NCBI GenBank assembly: GCA_028023455.1
Contig: JAQFVV010000007.1
Location: 1,302,001-1,366,000, forward strand
Direction of reading: 5' to 3'
Source: Epiperipatus broadwayi
Taxonomy: Eukaryota; Animalia; Onychophora
DNA: 64,000 bases
Both the position numbers and the translations under genes were made by a program. Each line of letters opens with the position of its first letter. The first letter of the stretch is position 1. This document shows positions 1 to 12,395 of this stretch, piece by piece. The notes beneath the pieces were generated by a model. The model searched no databases, had not been told where the DNA came from, and worked only from the letters and a program-made list of their open reading frames with translations.

Positions 1-3000
1 GAATTAATGGATTACTGGACTAGTGAATTATTTAACAACAATTATGCTATAAAATATTTTATTTGTTAAAATAATTGTCATTAATTTTATTCTGTTACTT
101 TAAAAATACAGAATAATTAAGATTTTTTTATTTAACAGACAATATAGTTTTTTTCCTCTTTCTTTCTTTTTCAAGACAAGAAAGTTTCTTGCATAAAAAT
201 CTCCTAATTAAAAATCTTAGTGCAATGGGAGAAGTAGTTCTCTGTCTCATGACCTTTGAAATTTCAAATAACCTTGGATTATTGGAAGAATAGATGCTTA
301 GGTAATGTTTTGAAATCTATAAAAAGTGTTGATTACAATTCTATAAGGGCTGGCTACTGACAAATTTTCTACTACTGACTAAACTCCAATTCATTTTCTA
401 AACAAAGTTTAACAGTATATTTTTTTTTACTGAAAGCTAATTCTTCTAAGACCAAGTTTGAAAGTAAAAAAAGTATTATTGGTTTCTAAATATGACAGCA
501 TAAGCAACCATAAAGATACATTAATCTTTATTCTTAATTAACTGTTTAGGTTCTCAAACCATTATTTAAAATGTATATGTGTGTCTATACTATATATTAT
601 TTAAATCTAATTGCCAATATTGAAGAAAGAATGGAAATGCATAGCAGTATTTTAAATTTGCTTTATTTAAACTTTAATGCTAATTGTAAAGAAGAAAAAA
701 GAATGTTTGTTTATTTTTCAAGATTATTTTTCCTAAAATGTAATTATAATGTTAATGAAGCAATTGTATACTTTTATAATGTTGGAAAGTGTGTGAACAT
801 TTTATTAAACATATCAAGATTTCTTAATAATAAATGTTTGCTAGTTATAAAAAAAAGAAGGTTGAGACAGATGTGTATGAATAATTTATTTTTATTGCCA
901 TTATTATTGGAACACTTGCCTGACTATTGTTATTTGTGCCTATTTGAAAAATAAGATTAAATGTGCAATTTAATGCATTGTGTGAGATTTATCTATTTAT
1001 CCCCAATTACTGTGAGAAATGAATTTATAAAAATAGTATAAAACTGAATATGACTTTATTTTATTAATTGTTCTCTTCATTTGCAGTGGAATTTCCTTAT
1101 ATAGAATATTACCAACAAACTCACAGAAGTTTTAGTAAATATTATCAATTAAATAATTATATGCATTTACGAATGGCTCTGAAAATATAAAATAAATGCT
1201 TGAATATATCTCACAAATGAAATAATAAATTATTGCTTGATTTACGTCATAGTAAAATGTTTATTGCTTAATAAAAAATTCTTCTATATAATGTTAACAG
1301 CAATTTCATTAGCTTTGCTAAGAACATTGAATACGCTATACTGGAGTCAAATTAATATTATTTGTCTTCCTGCAAGAATTTGTTGTGTTAACCAATATTT
1401 ATCTTTGTGCTAATAATTATCATTATTTAATATATGACCAAGAGATGTCATTTATAAACTGTAAATAAACTTTTCATTTCTTAACCAAGAAAAGAAGAAA
1501 AAAAAACTTTAGTAATTATTATTAATTATTATTTTAATAGACAGATAGTTTAAAAAAGTGCATTATGATTTTTTATTATTATTATCATTATGTATTATTA
1601 TTCTCCAAGAACGTCTCATAAATGTATAATATGAAAAAATATTATACAAGGTATTTATTATCATTTTAGTATAAGTTTTATTGTGTGCTCGTATTATAAA
1701 TATACGTGCATGTCGGAAAGGTAGACATCCATTTAATGATGAAGGGGTTAATAGCCTTTTTAAAAAGAAGCTCATTATATAAATTTTTATAGAATATCTT
1801 TGTGTTTTCCAATAGATTAGAAAATAATTATTTTCAATAATTATTTAACCTAGAATATAAAGATTTATTATTTATCTAAACCAAACTTTTACTTTAATTT
1901 TGTGCTAATGTAAATGCATTATGAAAAAAGAATATTTTGTCTTACCTTGCCAATTGAAATGATTTTTGCCTTGCTTTTCAACCGTAATTAATATGTTTCC
2001 AAGTTATAGATATTATATTTATCAGATATGAAATATTTATCCATTATTGCTTTTACAGTTATTGATACTTTTACAGTAGTTCTCTACTTTCTGAGATTTG
2101 GAAATGTCTGTTCATTGTTATGCTTATATATGCATGTCTATTATTAAAACCAACTATAATAATGTTTGATTTGAAAGTAAAAATGAGGATGAGATTGGGA
2201 CAATTGAAATTGAAAAGGTTAAAAATATACTTAAGTATGAATTTATTGTTCTTTATTATGCTTGGATAGAAAAGTATCTAATGGCTATGTAGAATGAAGC
2301 TAGTAATGTTTTATAGTATCTTATGGGATTTAGTCATCTCTCCTTTTTTGTTATTTGAATATTTGACATGGGTAGATGGCATAGTATATTTTATGGGATA
2401 GACTAAACTCTCCCTTTTTGTTTATTGAAGTATTTGATAGGAATAGATTGAATCCTCCAGTTTTATAGTTGATATTATGAATTCGAGTATAAGAAGTCGA
2501 GTATTTTATCTCCCATGTTTTTTGGTGATGAGAATTTATTCCCACCAGTTTATTTAGTCTCAGAAGTTAGACTTGGGAGTTATTGTATTATTATTTATAT
2601 GATTAAAATTGTGAAAGTTTTTTTATCCCCATGTGCCTTAAGGAATGTTTTCATCTTATACTTATAACCAAGTGCCAGATAATTATTGATAAAAAAGAAG
2701 TAAAAAATCAGAATTGATTTTCTCACAAAACAGCTGTAGTAAAGTTAGTGTTAAAGCTTGATTGTTCCTTGTCATCATCCATATTATGATTGTATTACAA
2801 CTTCATAAGTAAACCGATTGGATTGATTAATGTTAATTATTTATTTTACGACACACAGCATAATACAGACACATGTATAAAGTATTAATTTAAAAGATAT
2901 GGAAAAATCCATCAATAATACATAACTTTAATTATTATTCCAAATCATTTTGTATTTATCATTTAAGTTTCATGTCATCAATTTTCATAATATTCAATCA

Positions 3001-4617
3001 TCATTTGAGTAAGCAAGCAATAGAGGACATAACCTAGTTAATTAGTAGAATTATTTATTTCTATTTTGCAAAAATAAAACATAGTTATTTAATAGAATTA
3101 TTTACTTCATTTTTGCAAAGAGAGAATATATTTAATTAATGGAGTTATTTATTTTCATTTTTCAAAGTATAGTTTGATATTATTCTTATTTTATACCTAT
3201 TCTTAGATTCAAACCCTTTTTATTTTTAGTTAATGTGCATTTGAAGTAAAATGCCAACAATTTTAGTTTTATCCTATAATTTAATATAAATATTTAACCA
3301 TATGTTATTTATCATAGACTTACCAGCTTAATTGATAATTTAAGAGTGCTAAAAACAAGATGTAGAATATAAAGTAAATTTTTGTAGTTTATTGTATGAA
3401 GTGTAGGGCTATATTACTTCAACTCCATATGTTTATCAGAAGTGACTGATAACTTAAAACCATTTTGCAATAAAAATGTAAAGATTTTATTTTGGTTTAT
3501 TATTTTAGTGTTAAAAATATAATGTGTTTTCCATAAGTCTATCAGAGTGCCTTGTTAGATGAGATGTGTCAGATTAGAAATTAGAAAATTATCTTGTGTT
3601 ATTTACTCTTATGTAAATTTTTCAACTATTGATGTTAAATACATCTAGAACTTGTACTTGCACCAATTATAAAAAAATTAAATGTTTGCTTAACTATTTT
3701 TTTTAATAAATGTTTTATTATTCAAAATTGTATTCAGAATTCTTCTTTAACATACATTCGTATTTCATATTTCCACACATGCACACACATTTATTTTATC
3801 TAATATGATATGATTGCACTTTTCATTTAATTTAATGATGAACATATTCAGATATGATGATGTTGATTTCCTTGATCCAAACACTGTATGACATGTTAAT
3901 TATTTACTGATTCTCTAAAAGTTTTAACATTCAGTTATTGTTTAGATAATGAATTGAAATCAAAATGTACCTTATTTCTTTCATTATCTAACTATCATTA
4001 TTGTGTTAGGGTATTGCTTAATTTATATCATTACTTTTTATAATAGTAAATAGTAGTTGTTGAGAAGTGTAGATTTCAAATTAAGTTGCGCAATAAATTA
4101 ATTCTCTGAGATATTCAATTATTAATTGAGATTAAATATTAATTCAGTTAACTAGTTTAGATTATTGTATAATTACAAGTTCAGTAATGATAGGTTTATT
4201 TTATGTTCAGTTTCAACTTTCTATACAATATAGTTGCTAAACATTACATTCTCAGTTATTAATTTAATTTTCTAATATAGTAAAGGTTGTTCAATGCATG
4301 TAGATAATGGGAGGAGGTGAAGTATATACTATAACTTGTTAATTTAGATGGTTGAATTTTACCAATTTAATTCTTATTTATTTTAGATTTTAATAGATGT
4401 TTATCCCTATTAATCATAATATTTCCTCCCACCTCTAATGTACATTTGACACCTTATAGACCTCTGTATCCCTCAACTGAGCTAAGCTAAGGTAAAACTT
4501 CATTTAAGAGCCTCATTAATAGTTTTAAAGTAAGATTAGTTCAATAGTTTATTCTATGATCCATAGAATTGGCACCCCCGGGTATTTGTAGTTGTTTGTG
4601 ATCGGTGATGAGGGGTT

Positions 4618-4619
<2 letters not shown>

Positions 4620-4695
<76 letters not shown>
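4620..4695. repeat. (TA)n microsatellite, about 37 units
   Basis: Uninterrupted AT dinucleotide run. Confidence 0.98.
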
Positions 4696-4697
<2 letters not shown>

Positions 4698-6251
4698 CAC
4701 AAGCGTAGATGAGAATAGATAGAATAATAACTGGAGACAGTTATTATCTTTTCACAAGTTTAATTTAAAAGATTTATGAGAATTTTAGATCAGGCAAGAT
4801 CTTACAAATTAGCTTTTTAAAGTTATTTTAAATTTTATACAATTAGAAGTACATTTATCTAATATAGTTTAATTATGATGAGAAATTTAAGTTGAGAGTT
4901 TGTGCACATTTACTATATAATATAACTAACTTTAAGAGTGATTAAAATTGCTTTAGCATTTATTTTAGAGAGTCTTCTGACTGCAAGGCTTGCATGGCAA
5001 GGCACAATCATTCACTCTCAGGCTGATTCATCAATCTTTTCCATCAGCTATCTTTACTGGTAGGCTGATGTTTTGGATCTTTCATTTCCATAAACTGGTC
5101 TGTTGCATGAGGAGGTGGCAATGATACTTTCTAGTTACTGACTTTCATTGTAAAACTTGGCCCACTGCCTGAATACAAGTAAGAGAGCAAACAAAAATTG
5201 ATATGCTTTCACTTAAAACTGAAGGTTTTATATATTCCTTCTCACCCCCCTATTACAGGCCATTAAGATATTTGCAATCTTTAGTTTCAAATTTTTTAAA
5301 TTTAATGACACACATTAATTTTAGCAAATACAAAAGATCCAGTTGTACTTATTGTCAAGCTGGGCCCTGTTAATGACTTTGTTTTTGCTTATAACATCAT
5401 TTTTTAAACATCTATAAAATTTTGTTTCTTAGTTTAATGAGAAGTTATTCTGAGAAATCTATAACCTTTGATTTTTTTTTAAAAAAAGAGATTTAAGCCA
5501 TCAATATTCTAGAATATACATAAGACAGACACCCCTGATTTTAATAATTATGTGCAAATACCAACGATTCAGTAAATTAAATAACTTAAAAGACAATTCG
5601 GAAATAATTTAGAAAATCTGTAATGTTTACTAAATCTATCGCATTACAGTTACCTTCGCATATATACATAGGTGTGCTCCCACATAAATAATGATGTTCA
5701 CAACATAAACCAATTTTATTAATTTTAAAATCATAGATAAAATATTTATATAAAATTATAAATGCGTAACCACTACCCATACAAACATTATTATATTAGA
5801 TGTGTATGCAGATACAATTACATGCACATACGTGTAAATATACACTCTTACAGATTAAATTTACTATTATAAGGTTATTTACATGCACCTTGAGGGGTTT
5901 GAATTAGGAAAAAGAAGACTATTATGATATATAGTAGATGAAACTACATATCTAAATCATACTGTTTCAATATTATCATAATTCACCACTTTTTCTTTAA
6001 AATATATATGTTCTTCAAAAAATGAATACATTCAAAAACTTCTTTTTCTTTCCAAAAACATTATTTTTTAGTTAACAATGAACATATATATTATATGTCA
6101 TACACACTCCAACGTTTCAACTGTTTTTATATTATTACAGTAATTTCAAGGATCTACAGCAAAAAAATACCTATTCATATTATCAATAACATATCACACC
6201 CCTAATAAAAATATATTAGTTATATTTACTTACATCTCCATATCCCAAACT

Positions 6252-6254
<3 letters not shown>

Positions 6255-6311
<57 letters not shown>
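6255..6311. repeat. (TA)n microsatellite, about 28 units
   Basis: Uninterrupted TA dinucleotide run. Confidence 0.98.
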
Positions 6312-6315
<4 letters not shown>

Positions 6316-7006
6316 CTTTCTTTTTACATCTTTTAAATATAACACTTTTTATATATTAAAAACCTTTTATAAACGAAAAAAAAAGCATTTTATCATAAAA
6401 CCCACACTAATTATATTTTTTTAACCATTCATCTAAAACATCTCATATCAATTATCTACATTCCTATCTATACCTTCAATTTAAAACAAATATCAACTTA
6501 TTCTATCTTTAGCAATTTATTTAGGTAAACATGAATTTACCAGGTCATGACAAACTTCGAATTTTTGTTTCAAATCTTTCTCGCCAGAGTGTTTCTTGTC
6601 GAATTACTGTCCATTGTAGTTGTCACTTATACAAAAGATAAAACTCACAAAGCAAATTCTTATAGGTAGGATTGGAATAATGTATTGATGGTAGTGTGGG
6701 AAATATGTGGATGAGAGCTAAACACAAGCTCAAACATCAGTGTGGTACCAGAAGTACTTTATTTGAATCCTACCTACAGAAATTTGATTTTAGGACTCTC
6801 TACATGACTGACACCATCTTTGTGAATTTTATTGCTATTATAAGTAAAAACTACAATGGACTGTAATTATGAATGAACTTATATTATTAATTATGAATGA
6901 ACTTATTAAACTTCAATGGACAGTAATTATGAATGAACTTATTATGGAATATGCATAAAATGTTTTCTGTATAATATCTGGACCATTTATTTTATTATTT
7001 TAATAT

Positions 7007-7917
7007 GGTAAAACTGACTTTTAGCAGTCACAACTTTTTGCCCTCTATTTTTAAAAAATTGAACTATATTTTGCTTTCATCCTACTTGCAGGAATTTGTA
7101 TTTATTTTTTAAAAATTGAACTATATTTTATTTGTACTATATAATTGTAACATATATCTAACTATAAATGTATTTTTTACATGAAGGTTAATAAAAAAGA
7201 ATTTTTAAAACTTACAGTTTTATGAGCAATTTTGAGCTAGGTTATAAACTATTAAATATTAACATTTACATGTGGAAAACCTTAAAATAATTTGCCAATG
7301 CACTTTATTGTTTGCGAGACTTATGTTAACGAATGAGTGGTCATAGACTGGTGTCATTTTTGCAGGAAAGAATGTGCTACATATTTTGACAGAAATCCAG
7401 CACTTGTCAGCAGATTTGATGACAACATAGAACCACGTATAGTGGAGATCGATGAGTTGTATTTCTTTCACCGAAAACACCATGGGGAGGGGGCAATGAG
7501 AGAAGGCCATTGGGTGTTTGGTGGGATAGAGAGAGGATCAAGAAAGTATTTTGTAACAGAATTTGAAGATGAATCAGCTGCCACTCTGGAACTGCTCTAC
7601 AGCAACACATTTTACCTGCTATGCATATAATCACTGATGGCTGTGGTCTAAATAATGGTCTATACCTTCACTCAGTCATCATCCACCAAGACAACTTTGT
7701 TGATCCGGACAACTAACTTATCCACACTAATAATGTGGAAAATATGCTCAAAACTACACCTAAAAATGTAAGTTCTTTTTATTTTTTCAATTAACCTTCA
7801 TGTACAAAATACATTTATAGTTAAATATACTTTACAATTACATAGTACGAATAAGATATAGTTCATTTTTTTAAAAATAGAGGCGAAATGTTGTGGTCAC
7901 TAAAAGTCAGTTTTACC
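7007..7917 (+). mobile_element. Internally deleted Merlin (IS1595/ISXO2-like) DNA transposon with long TIRs
   Basis: The left end ggtaaaactgacttttag mirrors the right end ctaaaagtcagttttacc. Inverted similarity extends about 150 bp (about 7105-7215 vs 7768-7870). No TSD was found. Confidence 0.8.
7337..7760 (+). pseudogene. ISXO2-like DDE transposase fragment (Merlin)
   Basis: ORF 7337-7630 reads IVEIDELYFFHRKHHG...GHWVFGGIERGSRK...D.SAATLE. Frameshifted continuation reads HIITDG, IHQDNFVDPDN and IHTNNVENM, all typical ISXO2-like motifs. Confidence 0.85.
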
Positions 7918-7941
7918 CAGATATTTTTTATAATATAATTA

Positions 7942-8172
7942 TTTAATAATAATGTGAAAGGCTAAAACCTTCAACAGAAGCACCTTAAAATGCTTATGTG
8001 ACAGCCAATCAGATGTAATAATGACTGCATGTGGAACTCTCAATTCAAGAACACAAGCCAGAACATGAGAAAAAGATGGGGCCCAAATGGAACCACCTTC
8101 TTCTATACTTAAATTTATATATATATTAAGGCGCTTCTGTTGAAGGTTTTAGCCTTTCACATTATTATTAAA
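7942..8172. repeat. 47-bp inverted repeat (inverted pseudo-LTR junction) at the 3' end of a PLE
   Basis: 7942-7988 is the reverse complement of 8126-8172 with 1 mismatch. The enclosed sequence is homologous, in opposite orientation, to 9740-9905. Confidence 0.8.
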
Positions 8173-10900
8173 ATCATCTGTTAGCGCTTAATAAAAATTT
8201 ATAATTATTTATTATTAATTATTTTTTTATAATATAATTTTATGCCGCTGTGTATTTGATATTTCACAACAAACAGGTTTATACCTTTTTATGTAAAAGT
8301 ATTTTATCATTTTTTCCCTATATTTTTTAACCCTTTCTAACATTTTTATATTAAAATTTTTATGCCCACATTCTACATAATGTAAATAAACATTTGAATT
8401 TCTATCATTTAAGTGTTGTTTTAGTCTTGTTTTCAATTTATTATTTGTTGTACCAATATATGATACTCCCCACCCTCTTACAATTCAAACATTCAATTAT
8501 ATAAACTCCATTCATTTTTTCTATTTCTTGATATTTGTTTTCATTAATTAAAATCCCTAAATTAAATTTCTTTTTATACACTGGTTTAATAATTAACCCA
8601 CTATCCCCCTTATACTTATTATTAATATCTTTCATTACCTTTTTAATCTTAAAAAATGTATCCTATGAAACATTATAAGTACTATATAATATATTCTGTA
8701 CATCTTTCCTATTATTATTCTTTCTTAATATAAATGCAATATTTTTTTTTTACAATTTAGCAATAACATTTACTGGATAATCATTTATAATACCTTTTTC
8801 TTTTATACTAACAAGTTCTTTTTTAAACAATTTTTTTGCAGAATATAAATTTATTGCTTTATTTATCTTATTATTAGTAATATTTATTTTATGTTCATAC
8901 TCTATATCTGAACCCTAATTATATAGCAAACCATAAAAATTATTCTTTCTATACACACTAGTTCAATATCAACCTTACAGTTTTTATAAACCTTTTTAAT
9001 ATTAGCATCCATATAATCACATTATTCTTTTCATTTTCCATTACAAAACCAATATTAACATCAATAGAATTAATATATTTTACAAAATTCTCTGACTTTC
9101 TATAATTTCCATTGAATACTAAAAAATAATCATCCACATATCTAACATAAAATACAGGTTTATATTTTGTATTATAAAAATATTTCTCTTCAAAATCATT
9201 CATAAATATAGAAGCTAACAACTCACTCAAACTACTCTCCATATTCAAACCCTTACATTGTTTATAATATACATCATGCATAAATACAATATCTTTACAA
9301 TATATATTCAGTAAATCATATAATTGATGACATTCTATTTTAATATTCTTATTAATATCTTTAATATATGTTTCTCTAATCATTTCAAATGCTTTATATG
9401 GTTGTATATTTGTAAAGATACTACAAATATCTAGTTTAACAAAAAATATATTCTTATAATCATTTCTTTCTAAAAATATATTTAAAATTTTAACAAAATC
9501 ATATGAATTACACACATTATTTTCATTATTTCTTTCTCCATAATTCTTAAAATTTTTATTATATAACCATTTTGATATATTTTCATAATATGAATCCACA
9601 TTACATAAGTTCTGAAAATATTACTTCATTATAAATTGAAAGATTTCACGTTGTTGATTTAGAAATAATACGCAGTGAGTTAAATGTGAAGATGTTTAAA
9701 AGCTTCATGCTCTTAAGTCAAAATGCTTCAGAGACATATTTATATAGAAATTTAAGTAAGGCAGAAGGTAAAACCACCTTTTTCTTATAAAAATTTCTGT
9801 CGTGTGTTATGACTTGAGAGCTACCTATACAGTCATTATTACATCTGATTGGCTGTTATATATGGATTCTAAATGTGCATGCGAGAAGGTTTCAGCCTTT
9901 CACTTTAATTCTATTAATTTTTTTTTATTCCTTCATTTTTTTCTAATTCTTTCAAAACAATCACCTTCCGATAATATTTTTATCTTTTCATTACATTCAT
10001 CTTTCATCATAATAACCATATTAGATGCCTTATCTCCTTTCAAAAATAACACATCCTTATATTTACATTTAATTTCACTAACAATTATCCTTTCATATCT
10101 ATTATCATATTTATAATCCTTATTATTTTTCATATTATATTCTAATTCCTTCATTCTACATTGAAACTCTTTCAACATCATATCATCCATTCTATTATTT
10201 TTATTATCATTATCCCAATTAATATTATTATTTTCTTTAATTTTATCCATTAATAATTTATTTTTTGCCTCTATTTCAAAAATTTCCTTTTTAACATTTT
10301 TACTTATTTTCGGTATATACTTTAAACCTTTCTCCAATATCTCTATCTCCTCTTTCTCAAATTTTGTTTCAGTCAAATTAATTACAAAATTATTATTATT
10401 ATAATAACTTCTACTATTTATATTACCATTACCTTTATTATTATTCCCATACTTAAATATACCCATTTTTTGTTTAGTATAAATTATCTTAATTTTTTAT
10501 TATATCTTATCCTTATTGTATCCTTATAATTTTCATTTTATATATATAACAATTTCTTAACATAAATTCTTCCTTTAAATTTATTAATGTCCTTAATTTT
10601 TTATATATCTCCTTAACCTTGTTTAACAAAACTTCTTTCTCTTTATACAAAATTCTAATATATTTCTTAATCAACTTTTTCTGTAATATATACACATATT
10701 TTTCTCCAAAAATATTTTTAAACACTTTAAATTTAATAAATTTTGGAATTATTTTATAATAACAATCCTTCATAAATTTAATATCCAATTATTTTGTAAT
10801 CACTTTTAATTTTAATTTAATATATTCATTTTTTTAACACAAATATTTATAACTTTATTCTTAATTCCATATTTAAATAATTTTAAAAAAATATTTCATA
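8126..10900 (-). mobile_element. Degraded Penelope-like retroelement (RT + GIY-YIG) with an internal pLTR segment at about 9620-9910
   Basis: Minus-strand fragments: IIPKFIKFK (10513-10788), VINLT...EILEKGLKY (9933-10466), RT FYVRYVDDYF (8958-9599), GIY-YIG GVYIIECLNC and TRLKQH (8227-8635). Confidence 0.85.
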
Positions 10901-11451
10901 TTCATATATTCACATAAATATCCACAAACTATTATATATGCACCATCTATATGCTAAGATATGATATTGTATTTATATACATTAATGGAGTTTTATAGCT
11001 GATTGTATTGTAAAGGGGAGTAAGTAGATATTTGGAGTTTTATTGTTGTTGTCATTCTTTAAGGATTTTGTTGGCAGTTGGAAGGTTGAATGGTTCGATA
11101 TATTTTATGAAAGAATGAACAAAGCCAAAGGATTTTATAATTTATTCTAATAACCAAAGAAAAAAAGAGATATTATATTTGATATAAAATAGTATATAAG
11201 CTATACCACTGACAAAAAAAGGCAAATCAAAAGTGAAAAAAATTTACTACATCACTCGTTTAAAATCAAAACATTCTTACAATGTATATATAACAGAAAT
11301 TGTCATGAAATAATCATGTGCCTATGCAAAAAATCAAACATTATTGCAATTTAAGTGCATTCTCTATAATGGGCAGCAACTTCCAAATTTTACTTAAAAT
11401 TAAAAAATAAATGTTCACTCTGGCAGAAAAATAGACACTAAAACAAAATAC

Positions 11452-12395
11452 ATAACCAAAATGAAACATTATCAATGGGAACAAGATAAGATTTCTCATA
11501 TGAAGGATTATATTGCTCGTTTTGGTCATGGTAGTGCCAAACTCGCTAGACAAGCTCAAAGTAAAGAAAAAACACTAGTTAAAATGGTGACAGGAGTCCT
11601 TACAGAAAAAAGTATTGCAGATAAAACATTAACTTTCTACTTCCCTGAATGTGGCAAAATTCCACTTCCAGTGATTATGGTATAGAAAGTGAGCTTCAGG
11701 TATTCTGATGATAAACCATATATCTATAAAAATCTGGAATTTGGTCTTGATTTAGACTCTTGAGTTGCCTTAGTAAAACCTAATGGAGCTGGAAAATTCA
11801 CATTACTCAAATTTTTATATGGCAAGCTTGTGTCTACTTATGGTCTTATTATAAAGCATTCTCATCTTTTTATAGGCCACTACCATCAACATCTTCATGA
11901 AATGTTAGATATGGAATTACCATCCTTGTTTTCCAGAAGGAAAAGGAAAGGAAGAACTGAGAAAAATTATTGGACAATATGGTTTCACTGCCAAGCAACA
12001 AATTTGCCCCAGATAACAATTATCTGATGGTTAATGTTGCAGAGTTGTTTTTGCTTGGTTGGCATGACAAGTTCCTCATATGTTGCTTTTGGATAAACCA
12101 ACTAATTATTTGGACATGTAAACTACTGATGCTCTTGGAGAAGCCATCAATAATTTTGATGGTGGTATGGAATTAGTTAGCCATGACTTTAGGTTAATTA
12201 GTCAGTTTGCAGAACAGATTTGGCTTTGTAAAAATCAAACAATCTCTAAGTGGAATGGTGAAATTCTTAGTGTTTTTCTAAAGGTTTGTGATGATGGTGT
12301 TCTAGTTGTATTCTTATATTGGACTATTTCCATCATCTAATAGTTTTAAAGAACATTTGAGGCAGGAAGTCGTTAAAGTTGCTACTATGAAATAG
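11452..12395 (+). pseudogene. ABCF2: 5'-truncated, intronless ABCF2 pseudogene (linker + second ABC domain)
   Basis: [98 protein letters not shown] and C-terminal FKEHLR match the ABCF2 C-terminal half as recalled. It carries several stops, frameshifts and a 69-bp insertion. Confidence 0.93.
12272..12340 (-). mobile_element. 69-bp 3'-terminal fragment of a PLE pLTR inserted into the ABCF2 pseudogene
   Basis: The reverse complement shares atgatggaaatagtccaa and accatcat.acaaacctt.ag with the pLTR end at 24230-24294. It is flanked by duplicated tagt (12268-12271, 12341-12344). Removing it restores E-I-L-S-F-K-E-H-L. Confidence 0.85.

Noticed and set aside
571-954. 127-aa ORF and the many other 60-100 aa ORFs in AT-rich DNA
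   Set aside because: Composition (F/L/I/N/K/Y-rich) is that of translated AT-rich noncoding sequence; no motifs or splice support. Several are simply antisense frames of TE ORFs.
1941-2000. Possible minus-strand exon ending at a GTAAG donor (1945)
   Set aside because: No clear acceptor or recognisable peptide; donor-like hexamers are frequent by chance.
6060-6960. Possible LINE/PLE remnant with a Cys motif (CNNIKTVETLECV), short inverted repeat (6602 vs 6851) and aattatgaatgaacttat triplication
   Set aside because: Too degraded to assign; the motif could arise by chance.
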